Origin: Promethearchaeia archaeon
Lineage (GTDB): Archaea > Asgardarchaeota > Lokiarchaeia > Sigyniarchaeales > SOKP01
NCBI GenBank assembly: GCA_029856145.1
Contig: JAHQWK010000001.1
Coordinates: forward strand, 224,001 to 288,000
Direction of reading: 5' to 3'
DNA: 64,000 nt
Below are positions 49,169 through 59,355 of the stretch, in pieces. How positions within the stretch are numbered: position 1 is the stretch's first letter; each line of letters starts with the position of its first letter. The position numbers were made by a program, and so were the translations under genes. Under the pieces are notes generated by a model. That model ran no database searches. It was not told the origin of the DNA and saw only the letters and a program-made list of their open reading frames with translations.

Positions 49169-49392
49169 CGCCCAACACAATTTTAATTGTATCTTGAGAT
49201 TAATGAAAATGTTAGTTTATAAATGTATCAGAATTATATTTACTAGTTTGTTAAGAATACTTAAAAGCTTTTATCAAATTTGAACATTTTCTTCAAAAAA
49301 ATTTCGGAAAAGAGCAAAACTAAGACGTTTTTTGACAATTTTGATAATCCTATAAAACTTTTAAATTGGCTAAATCGGTGAAAATCCATTGA

Positions 49393-50715
49393 TTATTTGA
49401 AGTTCGGTAAAAAGCTTTTTTGAGCTTCAATCATGTCGTTAAATATGTTTTCTGCCATTTCAAAATTTCCCACATTCGGATCGATTGCTAAACTTGCAAT
49501 TGCAATTTCTTTTGATTCTTTTAGAACTGCCTCAACACACAAATCTTGTACTGACGCTTCAATACGGAGTAATGCGGCAATATTCCTGGGTAAAGCTCCT
49601 ACTTTTACACCTTGAACCCCATTTCTATTAACCGTTGCGGAGCATTCTAAAACTAAATCTTGTGGTAAATTATCAACTATATTATCATTAGGAATATTCA
49701 CTGCTGTCTCATATGAGTTCTTATCATTAATTATCGCTTCGATTATTGGAACTCCCCTTTCTCCTGAGGGTACATTATATAAAATTCCTTTTTTAGGAAA
49801 TTTTCCTCTCTTAAGCCTTTTGTGATAATTCAGATACCTCTTATAATAAAATTCACCTTCCTTTTCAATAAAGTCTAACCAATCTAACATATCTTGAGTT
49901 TCGGTGAATTCTTCTCCAAATTGGAGATATTCTCCTAGGTGATTATCACCTACGTATGGAAAATGCCCAAATCTTTTATATAATTCAAAGGTAAGCTTTG
50001 AAAATTCGAATCTATCCACATGTTCTTTAAAATAATTCATTGATTTTTTGTTAAACTCAGGCATCATGTCTGTACCTGATTTTAAATTTTCAAGACCAAT
50101 CAAGAATGCAAAGTGATTTAGACCTTGTACCTGTATTTTTATTTCATTTCTAGGTTTATTGAATAATTTAGGTAAATGCCTTACCATAAATCTTATTTGA
50201 TGGCATAAACCAACAAATTTTAATCTTTTTACGCTTCTTTTAATTGCTAGGCATACCCGCGACATTGGATTAGAGAAGTTAATGAAAAACGCATTAGGAC
50301 AAATTTTTTCGGCATCTTTAACAATCTCAACAATTGGAGGAATTATTCTCCAAGCATGAAATGTGCCACCTGGCCCTCCACACTCACCTAAGATTTGTGT
50401 AGAACCATGTCTTCTTGGTATTTCATAATCTTGACGCCATAGTTCCATACGATCTCCAACTTCGATTGAATTAACTATGAAATCAGCATCTTTAAGTGCT
50501 TTAATTCTGTCAATTGTCCGTTCAAGAACGAACTTGTTATTGTGTATTTCATTTTCAATCATTAAAAGTTCGTAAATCATCTCTAACTTATCTTTATCAA
50601 TATCATGAAGTGCTATTGTTGAACCTTCCAATACATCACTTAAATAAATATCATTAAACATAGGAGGCCCAAATGATGTTGAACCTGCTCCAATCAACAC
50701 TATCTTTTTATTCAT
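49393..50715 (-). CDS. Glycoside hydrolase family 4 (NAD-dependent alpha-glucosidase/alpha-galactosidase)
   Basis: KIVLIGAGS, ALKDADF, GECGGPGG, INFSNP, VGLCH, GLNHF. Confidence 0.92.
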   Translation of the reverse strand: MNKKIVLIGAGSTSFGPPMFNDIYLSDVLEGSTIALHDIDKDKLEMIYELLMIENEIHNNKFVLERTIDRIKALKDADFIVNSIEVGDRMELWRQDYEIPRRHGSTQILGECGGPGGTFHAWRIIPPIVEIVKDAEKICPNAFFINFSNPMSRVCLAIKRSVKRLKFVGLCHQIRFMVRHLPKLFNKPRNEIKIQVQGLNHFAFLIGLENLKSGTDMMPEFNKKSMNYFKEHVDRFEFSKLTFELYKRFGHFPYVGDNHLGEYLQFGEEFTETQDMLDWLDFIEKEGEFYYKRYLNYHKRLKRGKFPKKGILYNVPSGERGVPIIEAIINDKNSYETAVNIPNDNIVDNLPQDLVLECSATVNRNGVQGVKVGALPRNIAALLRIEASVQDLCVEAVLKESKEIAIASLAIDPNVGNFEMAENIFNDMIEAQKSFLPNFK

Positions 50716-51142
50716 ATAGATCAAGCCTAGTTATTAGCAAATTATCTAATATTATGCTAAAAGTATAATCGGCTTAATAGGTTTTTATAGATTTCATCCA
50801 AGTTTTCAATATACTTACTTGTCAAATTACACGTCTTAATAATCTGACAAATGGGAAAGGAATGGGAAAATTTATAAGGTGATTCTATCTTATTTTATAT
50901 AATGAGTTTTTCACAGTATAATACTACAGATTATTGGTGTGGCTTACATTTCTATGTAAAGCCAGTATTTATCAGTAGTATTATTAAGAGAGAATAGATC
51001 AAACCTCTTAACCTTTTTCCTATAATATTTACTGATTTGTTCTCTTTTATCATTACATCTCAATGAAAATTATTCGAAATAGGTTAATATTAGATTTATT
51101 TCCCCCAATGAAGGACTCAATTAAAATTAGAGGTGAAAAAAA

Positions 51143-51328
51143 CTGAAAGAAGAATCAGATAAAATAGATCTGATATTAGATTATTATCAAGATTGGGACT
51201 CTTATAAAAGTCCAGTTATGATGTCATTAAATGCCCCAAATGAATTTTCTGAAAGTCTTGAGGCTGAGGATGATAAAAGGCTGAAAGCTTTGAGACAGAA
51301 GATGAGAAAAAGACTGGGATTAAAGTAA
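51143..51328 (+). CDS. Small hypothetical protein (61 aa), CTG start
   Basis: GAGGTGA RBS 6 nt before CTG; reads KEESDKIDLILDYYQDWDSY..DKRLKALRQKMRKRLGLK. Confidence 0.55.
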   Translation: MKEESDKIDLILDYYQDWDSYKSPVMMSLNAPNEFSESLEAEDDKRLKALRQKMRKRLGLK

Positions 51329-51370
51329 TAAAAAGGTTGAATAATGTCTAAACTTTTTTTTTAATTTATT

Positions 51371-51460
51371 TTAATTTAATAATGGTTTTATTCTTTTTAT
51401 TGCTTCAGTTAACCTTTCTTCTGGTTGTGTTAAAGCAAATCTTACAAAACCTTCTCCTAT
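51371..51460 (-). pseudogene. C-terminal remnant of a class I/II PLP aminotransferase
   Basis: IGEGFVRFALTQPEERLTEAIKRIKPLLN* matches the GEG(Y/F)VR C-terminal motif; no upstream gene body. Confidence 0.75.
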
Positions 51461-51561
51461 GTGAAATTAATCATTATAAAATGATAAAAATTTTTCGAAA
51501 AGAGGGATTAAAATAATTAAAAAAGTAAAATTAATTAAAAAAAGAATTAATTAAGAGTCTC

Positions 51562-52875
51562 TTATGCACTTCTTTCGATGTTTATCTCATAATCTTTAGG
51601 ATCCAATGTAAAAAAGGGAATTAAACCAATATTCATGACAATAGCCATAAACAAGAAAATAATAGCATAGATCCAAAATGCTTGTAGTCCTGCTAAAACT
51701 CCAATTAATATACTTGTTAGTTGTAATCCGATAGTTGATCCTAAATTTGAGAAAGAATTACATGTTGCATAATAAGTACTATCCATCTCAGGATATTGTT
51801 GTGATTCTTGGCCTATAACAGCAGAAAACGCAGAATTTCTCCAACCAGCAGAAGATCCTAATAGTAAGGAGAATATCATTAATACAGGCCAACTTATTGG
51901 TATTATGAATAACAAGAAAGAAATTGTTGTTAAAATGAATGATATATAAACACTTCGTTTTCTAGATTGCAAATCTGCTATTCTCCCTCCAATAATAGCA
52001 CCAATAATTACCCCTAAACCAATGATAAAAGCAACTAAAGCTTGTGGAGCGTATAAATCTGGTCGCGTTGGATCTCCGATAAGATCCATTGTTGCTCCAG
52101 TAGCAACGACTAAACCCCATTGAATAAGTATAAAAAGAGGTACAAGAACGAAAACTATTCCATCACAGAACGCATTAAATAAAGAGAACGCATATACTTT
52201 CCAATTCTTTCTTTTTCCAAAAATTACCTTTAGATTCTCTACTGCATTTATTTCTATGTTTTTTACAGTTTCTTTAACCATTAATGTAGTAAATGAAAAA
52301 ATCATCATTGCAATACCTAATCCTATAAAAATTAATTGTACAAATCCTCCTAGTAATAATATCAGCACAATTAACAATGGTCCACCAGCTATTATACCTA
52401 CAGATCTAAACCCCCAACATATTCCTTGCACACGTCCAAGTCTTTCCTTAGGATATAGGTCTAAGATTAATCCATCAATGGCAGTATCACCCATTGCGAC
52501 TCCTATTACAATTAAAACACCTAGAAATGTTACTAAACTCATTGCATTACTTGCGGTTAATATAAATGGAAATAATATCCAAATTAAACCTGAAACTATA
52601 GAAGGGCCGATTATCCAAGGTTTTCTCCTACCTAACTTTTTAAAGCCAAATTTATCTGAAAGGATTCCATAAATAAATTTCACCCCAAAGGGAAGAAGGA
52701 CAATTGACATCATAGAGGCAATTTGAGCCGCATCCACGGGTGCAGGAGATAATAAATAAAATAAAAATATAGGTATAATAGTTGTAAACATCGATTGATT
52801 GATTCCTTGAACAAAATAATTAAGTGAAAAAATTCCAATATACGATTTCTTTAATTCTACCACACTTTCTCCCAT
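51562..52875 (-). CDS. MFS transporter (AmpG/BT1-like)
   Basis: LPFGVKFIYGILSDK..GRRKPW, DTAIDG, GGRIADLQSRK; about 12 TM. Confidence 0.88.
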   Translation of the reverse strand: MGESVVELKKSYIGIFSLNYFVQGINQSMFTTIIPIFLFYLLSPAPVDAAQIASMMSIVLLPFGVKFIYGILSDKFGFKKLGRRKPWIIGPSIVSGLIWILFPFILTASNAMSLVTFLGVLIVIGVAMGDTAIDGLILDLYPKERLGRVQGICWGFRSVGIIAGGPLLIVLILLLGGFVQLIFIGLGIAMMIFSFTTLMVKETVKNIEINAVENLKVIFGKRKNWKVYAFSLFNAFCDGIVFVLVPLFILIQWGLVVATGATMDLIGDPTRPDLYAPQALVAFIIGLGVIIGAIIGGRIADLQSRKRSVYISFILTTISFLLFIIPISWPVLMIFSLLLGSSAGWRNSAFSAVIGQESQQYPEMDSTYYATCNSFSNLGSTIGLQLTSILIGVLAGLQAFWIYAIIFLFMAIVMNIGLIPFFTLDPKDYEINIERSA

Positions 52876-53064
52876 AATAATAACCCAAATTTTTTTAATA
52901 TTTTATTAAAATATGTAATTTAAAAAGTAATATTGTTTTTATTTTTATAAATGTTTACGTGAAATTCAAAGTGTGATTAAATGATATTAGATAAAAATGA
53001 CACTTTGAGCTACTTTTTTTGAATAAAAAGCATGAAAAACAAAAAAAAACAGTTTTTAGAGTTT

Positions 53065-53238
53065 TTATATGGGATAATCTCTCCGTATTTGGAGTTCATG
53101 TTTATAATAATTAATTTGACTTTTTATAAACCTAAGTGGTCGTGGTTGTATGAGGTGTTCGTATTTCTGTAGATGATCTTCTAAAAGTTTGATCGTAAGT
53201 TCCAGTTTATTTATTCTCTCTTGAGTTTGTCTCATCAT
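53065..53238 (-). CDS. Small helical-hairpin protein (57 aa)
   Basis: MMRQTQERINKLELTIKLLEDHLQKYEHLIQPRPLRFIKSQINYYKHELQIRRDYPI; upstream GAGGT. Confidence 0.6.
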   Translation of the reverse strand: MMRQTQERINKLELTIKLLEDHLQKYEHLIQPRPLRFIKSQINYYKHELQIRRDYPI

Positions 53239-53446
53239 AACTTTCTCTTACCTCAAACCCTTAAATTCATGTTAATAAAAGTTTAAGAACAATAAATTAA
53301 AAAAACGTCAGAGGCCTTAGATTTTATGGATTTTTACTATGATTTTAGACTGTTATTATTAAATAATCTCATAATATAATTAAATCATGAATTTTTTTAT
53401 CAATTAAAAACCGTTTAAGGAATTTCCAAATTAGGGAACAAATAAA

Positions 53447-54550
53447 ATGAATGATAAATTTTGGTATAAACTTTCACGTGTAATTGTAAAAGCAGGAAAT
53501 ATGCCATTTCCAATAACTGGTACTTTAATCGAATTATTACAGAGTATTATTTCCGAAGAACAGGCCGAATTTATAATTAAAGTCTATAATAGAAAGCCTA
53601 ACATGAATTTTGATGAAATTAGAAATAAATCCGGTTTAGATGACGATTCTTTGATGAAATTGTTGGATGATCTACAATTTAATGGAGTAATAGTAGGTAC
53701 AGAAAGCAAGACAACCGGAATTACTGTTTACCGGTTGCAACCTCCATTTCCTGGATTGTTTGAGTTTCAGCTAATGCGTCCTAAGGAGGGAGAACGTGAA
53801 AAAAGGCTTGCTCGATTATTTGATACGCTATTCGGAGAATGGGGGCAACTAACATCTAAAAACTATGACTCTTTAATTTCTCAGTATAAGAACTTTCCTC
53901 CAATAGATCATGTAGTACCAGTAGAGAAAGAAGTGGATTCTGGGGCAGATATTATTTTATCAAGAGAAGATGTAAAAAAGATCATTGATAAATATGATAA
54001 TATTGCTGTGGCTCTTTGCTATTGTCGTCATGAAAAAGATTTAATTGATGAACCTTGTAAGATAGATGCTCCAAGAGAAAATTGCTTTCTTTTTGGAAAG
54101 ACTGCTAAATTTTGTATTGAAAAGGATTTTGCTAAACCAATAACAAAGGATGAGGCTATAAAGGTTTTACGAGAAGCAGAAGATGCTGGTTTAATACATA
54201 AAGCATTTCATATACACCAAGACCCAGAAAGAGGTTTAGAGGCGATCTGCAATTGTTGTAATTGTTGTTGTGGTATATTTCAATTATTTGACAGAGGAGT
54301 AATGCCATTTTATACAATATCTAATTATCTGGCTGAAGTGAATGAAGATGCCTGTATTGGGTGTGGTACTTGTGAGGAAAAATGTCCAATGCATACCATT
54401 GATATAGAAGATGCTATAGCAGTTGTAAAAGAAGAAAAATGTATTGGGTGTGGTGTGTGTGCTCATCATTGTCCTGAAGAAGCTATACATCTGAAAAGAC
54501 TTGGTTCTAGACACGTTTTTATCCCACCAAAAAAAATTGAAGTAGAATAA
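53447..54550 (+). CDS. 4Fe-4S dicluster ferredoxin-domain protein
   Basis: CYCR, ICNCCNCCC, CIGCGTCEEKCP and CIGCGVCAHHCP. Confidence 0.9.
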   Translation: MNDKFWYKLSRVIVKAGNMPFPITGTLIELLQSIISEEQAEFIIKVYNRKPNMNFDEIRNKSGLDDDSLMKLLDDLQFNGVIVGTESKTTGITVYRLQPPFPGLFEFQLMRPKEGEREKRLARLFDTLFGEWGQLTSKNYDSLISQYKNFPPIDHVVPVEKEVDSGADIILSREDVKKIIDKYDNIAVALCYCRHEKDLIDEPCKIDAPRENCFLFGKTAKFCIEKDFAKPITKDEAIKVLREAEDAGLIHKAFHIHQDPERGLEAICNCCNCCCGIFQLFDRGVMPFYTISNYLAEVNEDACIGCGTCEEKCPMHTIDIEDAIAVVKEEKCIGCGVCAHHCPEEAIHLKRLGSRHVFIPPKKIEVE

Positions 54551-54585
54551 TTAAAAATAAATTTTTTAAAATCTCATTTTAATAA

Positions 54586-55389
54586 TTGAAGATCCCAAAA
54601 TTGGTTGTACGGATAACGTATCATTGTAATAATGAAGTTCTGGAATGGATGTGGAGTTCAGATAACCCTCTGATGCCTTATCCCTACTGGACATCATGTT
54701 ATCTAGTTGACGGCCTTCTCATTGATTCTGGTGCTCCTGGGGGAGAAAATGATCTTAGAGAATTTGTAAAATCACTCAATCATACTCAATTGATTGAAAA
54801 ATGTTTTATTACACATACACATGAAGATCATGCGGGTGGAGCTCATATATTAGACAATGAATTCGGAATACCGATATACACAAGTAAAAAAGCAATAGTT
54901 CTTTTAAAAAAGGGTAATACATATCCTGAATATCGTCAAATGGCTTGGGGACCAAAATTATTACCTGTTCATGCTAAAATTATTGATGAACCAATTATAA
55001 CAAAATCAAAAAAGTATAAATTTGAATTACTCTCTATGGAAGGACATGCTCCAGAATTAGTTGCTTTAATCGAAAAAAATCAGCAATGGGCTTTTGTAGC
55101 TGATGCTGTAGAGCCAAAATACAAAATGATTTTTGGTAGGAACAGCGATATCCAAGAGGATATCTCACTAATATATCAATCTCTCTCTAAACTATATGAG
55201 TTTCCAGATGGCATGGATAATTTATTAATTTTTTCTGCTGGGAATGGAGTACTACAGGGGAGAGAAATTATAACAAAAAAAATGGAAGAGATTGAAAATT
55301 TACATGTAAAGGTTCATGAATCTCATAAAAAGCTTCAGAAAGAGGGATATTCTGGAAAAAAATTAATAAGAATAATAATAAAAAAATGA
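54586..55389 (+). CDS. Metallo-beta-lactamase fold hydrolase
   Basis: LLIDSG, THTHEDHAGG, GHAP, FVADA. Confidence 0.85.
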   Translation: MKIPKLVVRITYHCNNEVLEWMWSSDNPLMPYPYWTSCYLVDGLLIDSGAPGGENDLREFVKSLNHTQLIEKCFITHTHEDHAGGAHILDNEFGIPIYTSKKAIVLLKKGNTYPEYRQMAWGPKLLPVHAKIIDEPIITKSKKYKFELLSMEGHAPELVALIEKNQQWAFVADAVEPKYKMIFGRNSDIQEDISLIYQSLSKLYEFPDGMDNLLIFSAGNGVLQGREIITKKMEEIENLHVKVHESHKKLQKEGYSGKKLIRIIIKK

Positions 55390-55472
55390 TTAGTAGAAAA
55401 ACAAATCAAGGTTTTTTTAATTAGCTGATCTTTATATTTTGGTCTCATAGATCATCCAGTTGATTTGTTGGG

Positions 55473-56477
55473 CTAAACTAGATTATTTATTATACTTTCA
55501 GAGATGTCTCCGGCATATTCTCCTGTTCTTCTAATACTCTCAATAATATAACCTATTGCAATTGATAATTCTGCACTATTTGTTGTATCAAGGGAAATTT
55601 TTTCTGTAGTTAAAATTAATTCCTTTATTCCTTCTATATTTTCATTTGCTAGTAAAATACTTTTTTGAAGCCATGCATCAAGGCTTTTATCTAACAAATC
55701 TAATGATATCTTGCTAGCATTTAAAAGGTTCTTAATCAATTCTTTGTCAATCTTCTTGTAATCTATTAATAACACATTCTTAGCTATTCTTACAGCATGA
55801 TCTCCTATACGCTCCAAGAATTTACTCATTGAATGATAATGGCTAGCCTGTTCTAAGGTTATCCCCATTTTCTGGCATAATATGATATCTCTCAGCACAA
55901 TATGAGATTGACGACCAATTAACCAAAGTAATCTATCAACATCATTATCTCTCTTTATAACTTCTTTAGCTAAGTCTGTATCACCAGTTTCAAAGGATCT
56001 AATGGCATCAAAATGCATATCATGTGCAAGAATATACATTCTTTTTATGGTTTTCTCAAAAGGCATTTCTGTTGGATTAAGCAAATCTTTAACTACTATG
56101 AAATTATTGGATTCTTCCACAACCTCAGGGCCTATAGCAATTTGAGTAAAATTTATAATGCAGTCTCTTATGAAAGGCTCAAATTTTTTGCTGGATTTAA
56201 TAACGATTTTAGAAAAACCCATAATATACGCTCCAATTAAAATGCGGAATAAATAGTTATCATCCTTGAAATCATCTACAATTATCTCCTTTATTTTGAT
56301 CATTTTTTCAGTATCTATCTGAGGAGTTATAAGTAAATTTCCATCAGGTTGACTAAGGATACCTAATGTATCGTGATTTTTAACACCATGTTTGTCTATC
56401 CATACTTTAGGCAATGAAATTATATAACTTGAACCACCCGTCTTTTGAACTTTTCTTGTTTCTATATGAAATGACAT
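55473..56477 (-). CDS. phoU: Archaeal phosphate uptake regulator (AbrB-like N-terminus plus two PhoU domains)
   Basis: ETRKVQKTGGSSYIISLPKVW, RDNDVDRL, LERIGDHA, IRRTGEYAGDI. Confidence 0.92.
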   Translation of the reverse strand: MSFHIETRKVQKTGGSSYIISLPKVWIDKHGVKNHDTLGILSQPDGNLLITPQIDTEKMIKIKEIIVDDFKDDNYLFRILIGAYIMGFSKIVIKSSKKFEPFIRDCIINFTQIAIGPEVVEESNNFIVVKDLLNPTEMPFEKTIKRMYILAHDMHFDAIRSFETGDTDLAKEVIKRDNDVDRLLWLIGRQSHIVLRDIILCQKMGITLEQASHYHSMSKFLERIGDHAVRIAKNVLLIDYKKIDKELIKNLLNASKISLDLLDKSLDAWLQKSILLANENIEGIKELILTTEKISLDTTNSAELSIAIGYIIESIRRTGEYAGDISESIINNLV

Positions 56478-56698
56478 AATCTAATCCTAATTTTTTTCTA
56501 ATTATATAAAACAAATAAACAATATATTTAAATTCTAATCTATATATTCTATATATTTTCTTCTTCTTTTGCTTATTTTTACTCTATTTTTCTAAAGAAA
56601 TACCGATATTAAATATATAGATCAGATTTTAATGAATCAGGATAAAGGAATTTCTAGTTAAATCTTATCGATAAATTTGGTTCAAAATTTAAAGTTCT

Positions 56699-57391
56699 TT
56701 AAATTCCTTTTTCACTGGTTAATAAAACCAGTATATAATCTGCGACACCTTCAATTGAATCGGAAATTGCTTCAAGAATATCGAAAATATTACCTGCAGT
56801 AAAGATCGTGAAAAAATTGACATCAAAATGAGTTTCTTGGAGACTTTTTCTGAGTTGTATGTTCAGAAGATCAACTTTATGCTCATATTGATTTATTTGC
56901 TTGGCAATATCTTTCACATTTTTTCTATCTTCTACTAAATCCATGACAATTTTATCCAGGAACTCACCACACTCAACAGTAGTTGTCATAATTTGACTGA
57001 CCAAACTTATAGTTTCCTCACTACATTGTTCCCAAAATTTAATTGGTATTGTAGCAATCCTGCGAGCAACACCAGTACAGCAGTTTGCAACATCATCCAT
57101 CCTCTTAACTAAATGAGATAAATTTTGTCTTATACTGGGATCCAATTCTCCTCTGGAAATATCTTGTTGTATTTTTCTTCTTAGTTTATCTGCTTCCCTT
57201 TCTAGGACATCAACGTTATGAAAAATATCATATGATTTTTCAAGACTTTTTTCTTTAAGAAGCATTTGCAATCCAGTATCTAACTCTCTTACACACTCTT
57301 GTACTTTTTGGGCGTGCTTTATAGTTTTTTCTAATGCATTTAAAGCAGTTTCCCGTTTCAAATATTCAATTAAAGACCCCATTTTTACCAA
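56699..57391 (-). CDS. DUF47 / PhoU-like phosphate transport regulator
   Basis: LEREADKLRR, MDDVAN, YEHKVD, ISDSIEGVAD; next to pit. Confidence 0.88.
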   Translation of the reverse strand: MVKMGSLIEYLKRETALNALEKTIKHAQKVQECVRELDTGLQMLLKEKSLEKSYDIFHNVDVLEREADKLRRKIQQDISRGELDPSIRQNLSHLVKRMDDVANCCTGVARRIATIPIKFWEQCSEETISLVSQIMTTTVECGEFLDKIVMDLVEDRKNVKDIAKQINQYEHKVDLLNIQLRKSLQETHFDVNFFTIFTAGNIFDILEAISDSIEGVADYILVLLTSEKGI

Positions 57392-57465
57392 TTTTTTTTT
57401 ATTCTACCATTTAATGTCTATTTAGAATATATAGAAATAAATATCTTTTTATTATTAATAATTTA

Positions 57466-58497
57466 TCAAGAAAATCCAAACATACTTAATCCAAAATAGA
57501 TAAAACCGGCTAATACCGCAGCTATTGGAAATGTTAATACCCAATAGATTCCCATCTTTCCTAAGGATTTTTTATCTACTTCTTTTTTCTGCGCTATACT
57601 TAATCCTATTATGCAAAAAACTATAACATGACTATGAGAAATTGGTAAACCGAATAAAGTTGCTATCATCAATATTATCGCTGAACTCGATTGAATAATA
57701 AACCCTTCACTTGGTCGTGAATCAACCATTTGAGACGCTAAATTTCGGATAACATATCTAGCTGCAAAATATATTCCAAGACATGCAAAAATTCCACAAA
57801 TCAAAGTAAAAGTAAAATATTGTGCCAAGTTCAAGAAACCACTATCTAAAAGGCCAAAAAGAATTCCTAAAGCCTCACCGGAATTAGCACCTACCCAAAT
57901 TTCAGCAAATATAACAGAAACAAGCAATAACCATTTAAAATTCTTTTCTGATTTTTCAATTTGATTTAAACCTTTTAATCGAGATAGAAATAATTTTGCC
58001 ATAATCCTAAATAATATAAACGTAATTAATAATCCAAATATCGGTGATAAAAACCAGCTAAGGACCACATTACCTAATTTACCCCAATTTAAAGCAGTTT
58101 CAGGATTAACAGTTCCTTGAAAAAGAGCATAAACAATTAAAACACCAAAAACGCTACCTATTAAAGAATGTGTACTGCTTAATGGGATACCCGCAAAACT
58201 CCCTGCCACCAACCAAATGATACTACTAATTAAAACTGCTAATAACATATACTCAGTATATTGAACACCTTCACCGAGTATATCTGCTCCAACAGTTTTA
58301 GCTACAAATCCCCCACTAAAGAAAATCATCCCACTCCCTAGTGCTATTCCCCCTAACAATAAAGCTATTTTAAATTTCAGAACTCCTGCTCCAACCAATG
58401 CTGACAATGTCTCATCGTTAGCACCAATAGAAAAAGCAAGAGCAATTGCCAATATTATTAAAATTATAACTAAAATAGAGCTTAAGCCATCAGCCAT
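57466..58497 (-). CDS. pit: PiT-family (PHO4) inorganic phosphate/anion transporter
   Basis: IGAND, GIPLSSTHSLIGS, GLPISHSH, WVLTFP. Confidence 0.85.
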   Translation of the reverse strand: MADGLSSILVIILIILAIALAFSIGANDETLSALVGAGVLKFKIALLLGGIALGSGMIFFSGGFVAKTVGADILGEGVQYTEYMLLAVLISSIIWLVAGSFAGIPLSSTHSLIGSVFGVLIVYALFQGTVNPETALNWGKLGNVVLSWFLSPIFGLLITFILFRIMAKLFLSRLKGLNQIEKSEKNFKWLLLVSVIFAEIWVGANSGEALGILFGLLDSGFLNLAQYFTFTLICGIFACLGIYFAARYVIRNLASQMVDSRPSEGFIIQSSSAIILMIATLFGLPISHSHVIVFCIIGLSIAQKKEVDKKSLGKMGIYWVLTFPIAAVLAGFIYFGLSMFGFS

Positions 58498-58514
58498 ATT
58501 AAATCATGATTTTT

Positions 58515-59177
58515 TTAATCAAAAATCAAATATTTTGTTGCTAAAAATTGAATATACTCTGAGAAGTTTTTAATATGATCAGCCAACATCATAATATCTT
58601 CAAGCAAATCTTTCAAATATATAAATGTCCTAGATAGATAATCCATATCATAATTATAAAGACGATTTAATAGTTGCCATTCTTCACTTCTCATTTTTCT
58701 TCTTTCATCCTTAATTTCTTCACATTTATCATGGGCTTTACTAAGATCAGAACCAATTAATTTAACAGCACTTGCTAATTTGTTAGAGATCATTTTCAAA
58801 GATTTGAGGATGCTTAAAATATGAGATTTAAATATATCATCAGGGAACACAGCCTTATAAAGGAGCATTTTATTTGCTAAAAATTCTCCGATATTTTTAA
58901 TGTCGTTTATTTTCGTAAATAGCTTTAATCGATCAGCTTTAGAGAACATTAATTTTGATTTGAATATTTTAGATTCAAATTTTTTTTTAATTTGAACCTC
59001 AGTATGCGTTTCTATAACGTAATTCATATTATTACGAAATTTATCAAAATCTTCTTTAACAAGAAATTCAATCCCTTCTATAAGTTTTAAATTTTGTTCA
59101 TTTATGTTATCCATGAATAAATGTGTTAATTCATCAATCCCCAGTTTTTTTAGTTCCTTATCCTCAATCTCTCTCAT
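58515..59177 (-). CDS. Divergent DUF47/PhoU-like protein
   Basis: All-helical, same length and layout as DUF47 (SKADRLKL..IND, LADHIKNFSE); 17 bp from pit. Confidence 0.65.
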   Translation of the reverse strand: MREIEDKELKKLGIDELTHLFMDNINEQNLKLIEGIEFLVKEDFDKFRNNMNYVIETHTEVQIKKKFESKIFKSKLMFSKADRLKLFTKINDIKNIGEFLANKMLLYKAVFPDDIFKSHILSILKSLKMISNKLASAVKLIGSDLSKAHDKCEEIKDERRKMRSEEWQLLNRLYNYDMDYLSRTFIYLKDLLEDIMMLADHIKNFSEYIQFLATKYLIFD

Positions 59178-59355
59178 TTTCTTAAAAATTCCATTCTATA
59201 TTGTACAATATATTTCTATTAAGTCTCAATAATTAATTTAATTTTTAGGAATAAATTATTAACTTTAAAATATTTCTTTTTAAGGATAAAAAATTTAATC
59301 CTTGAATAACTTTACTATATACCCTATATAGAGATATATAGCTTAAAATCATTAA

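Noticed and set aside
50819-51040. Imperfect hairpins and a 31-codon ORF (50902-50997) upstream of the GH4 gene
   Set aside because: Stems are short and AT-rich, no recognisable RNA family, and the ORF has no RBS or motif
55370-55420. Possible frameshift or truncation at the A-run ending the MBL hydrolase
   Set aside because: No convincing coding continuation in other frames; cannot be decided without orthologs
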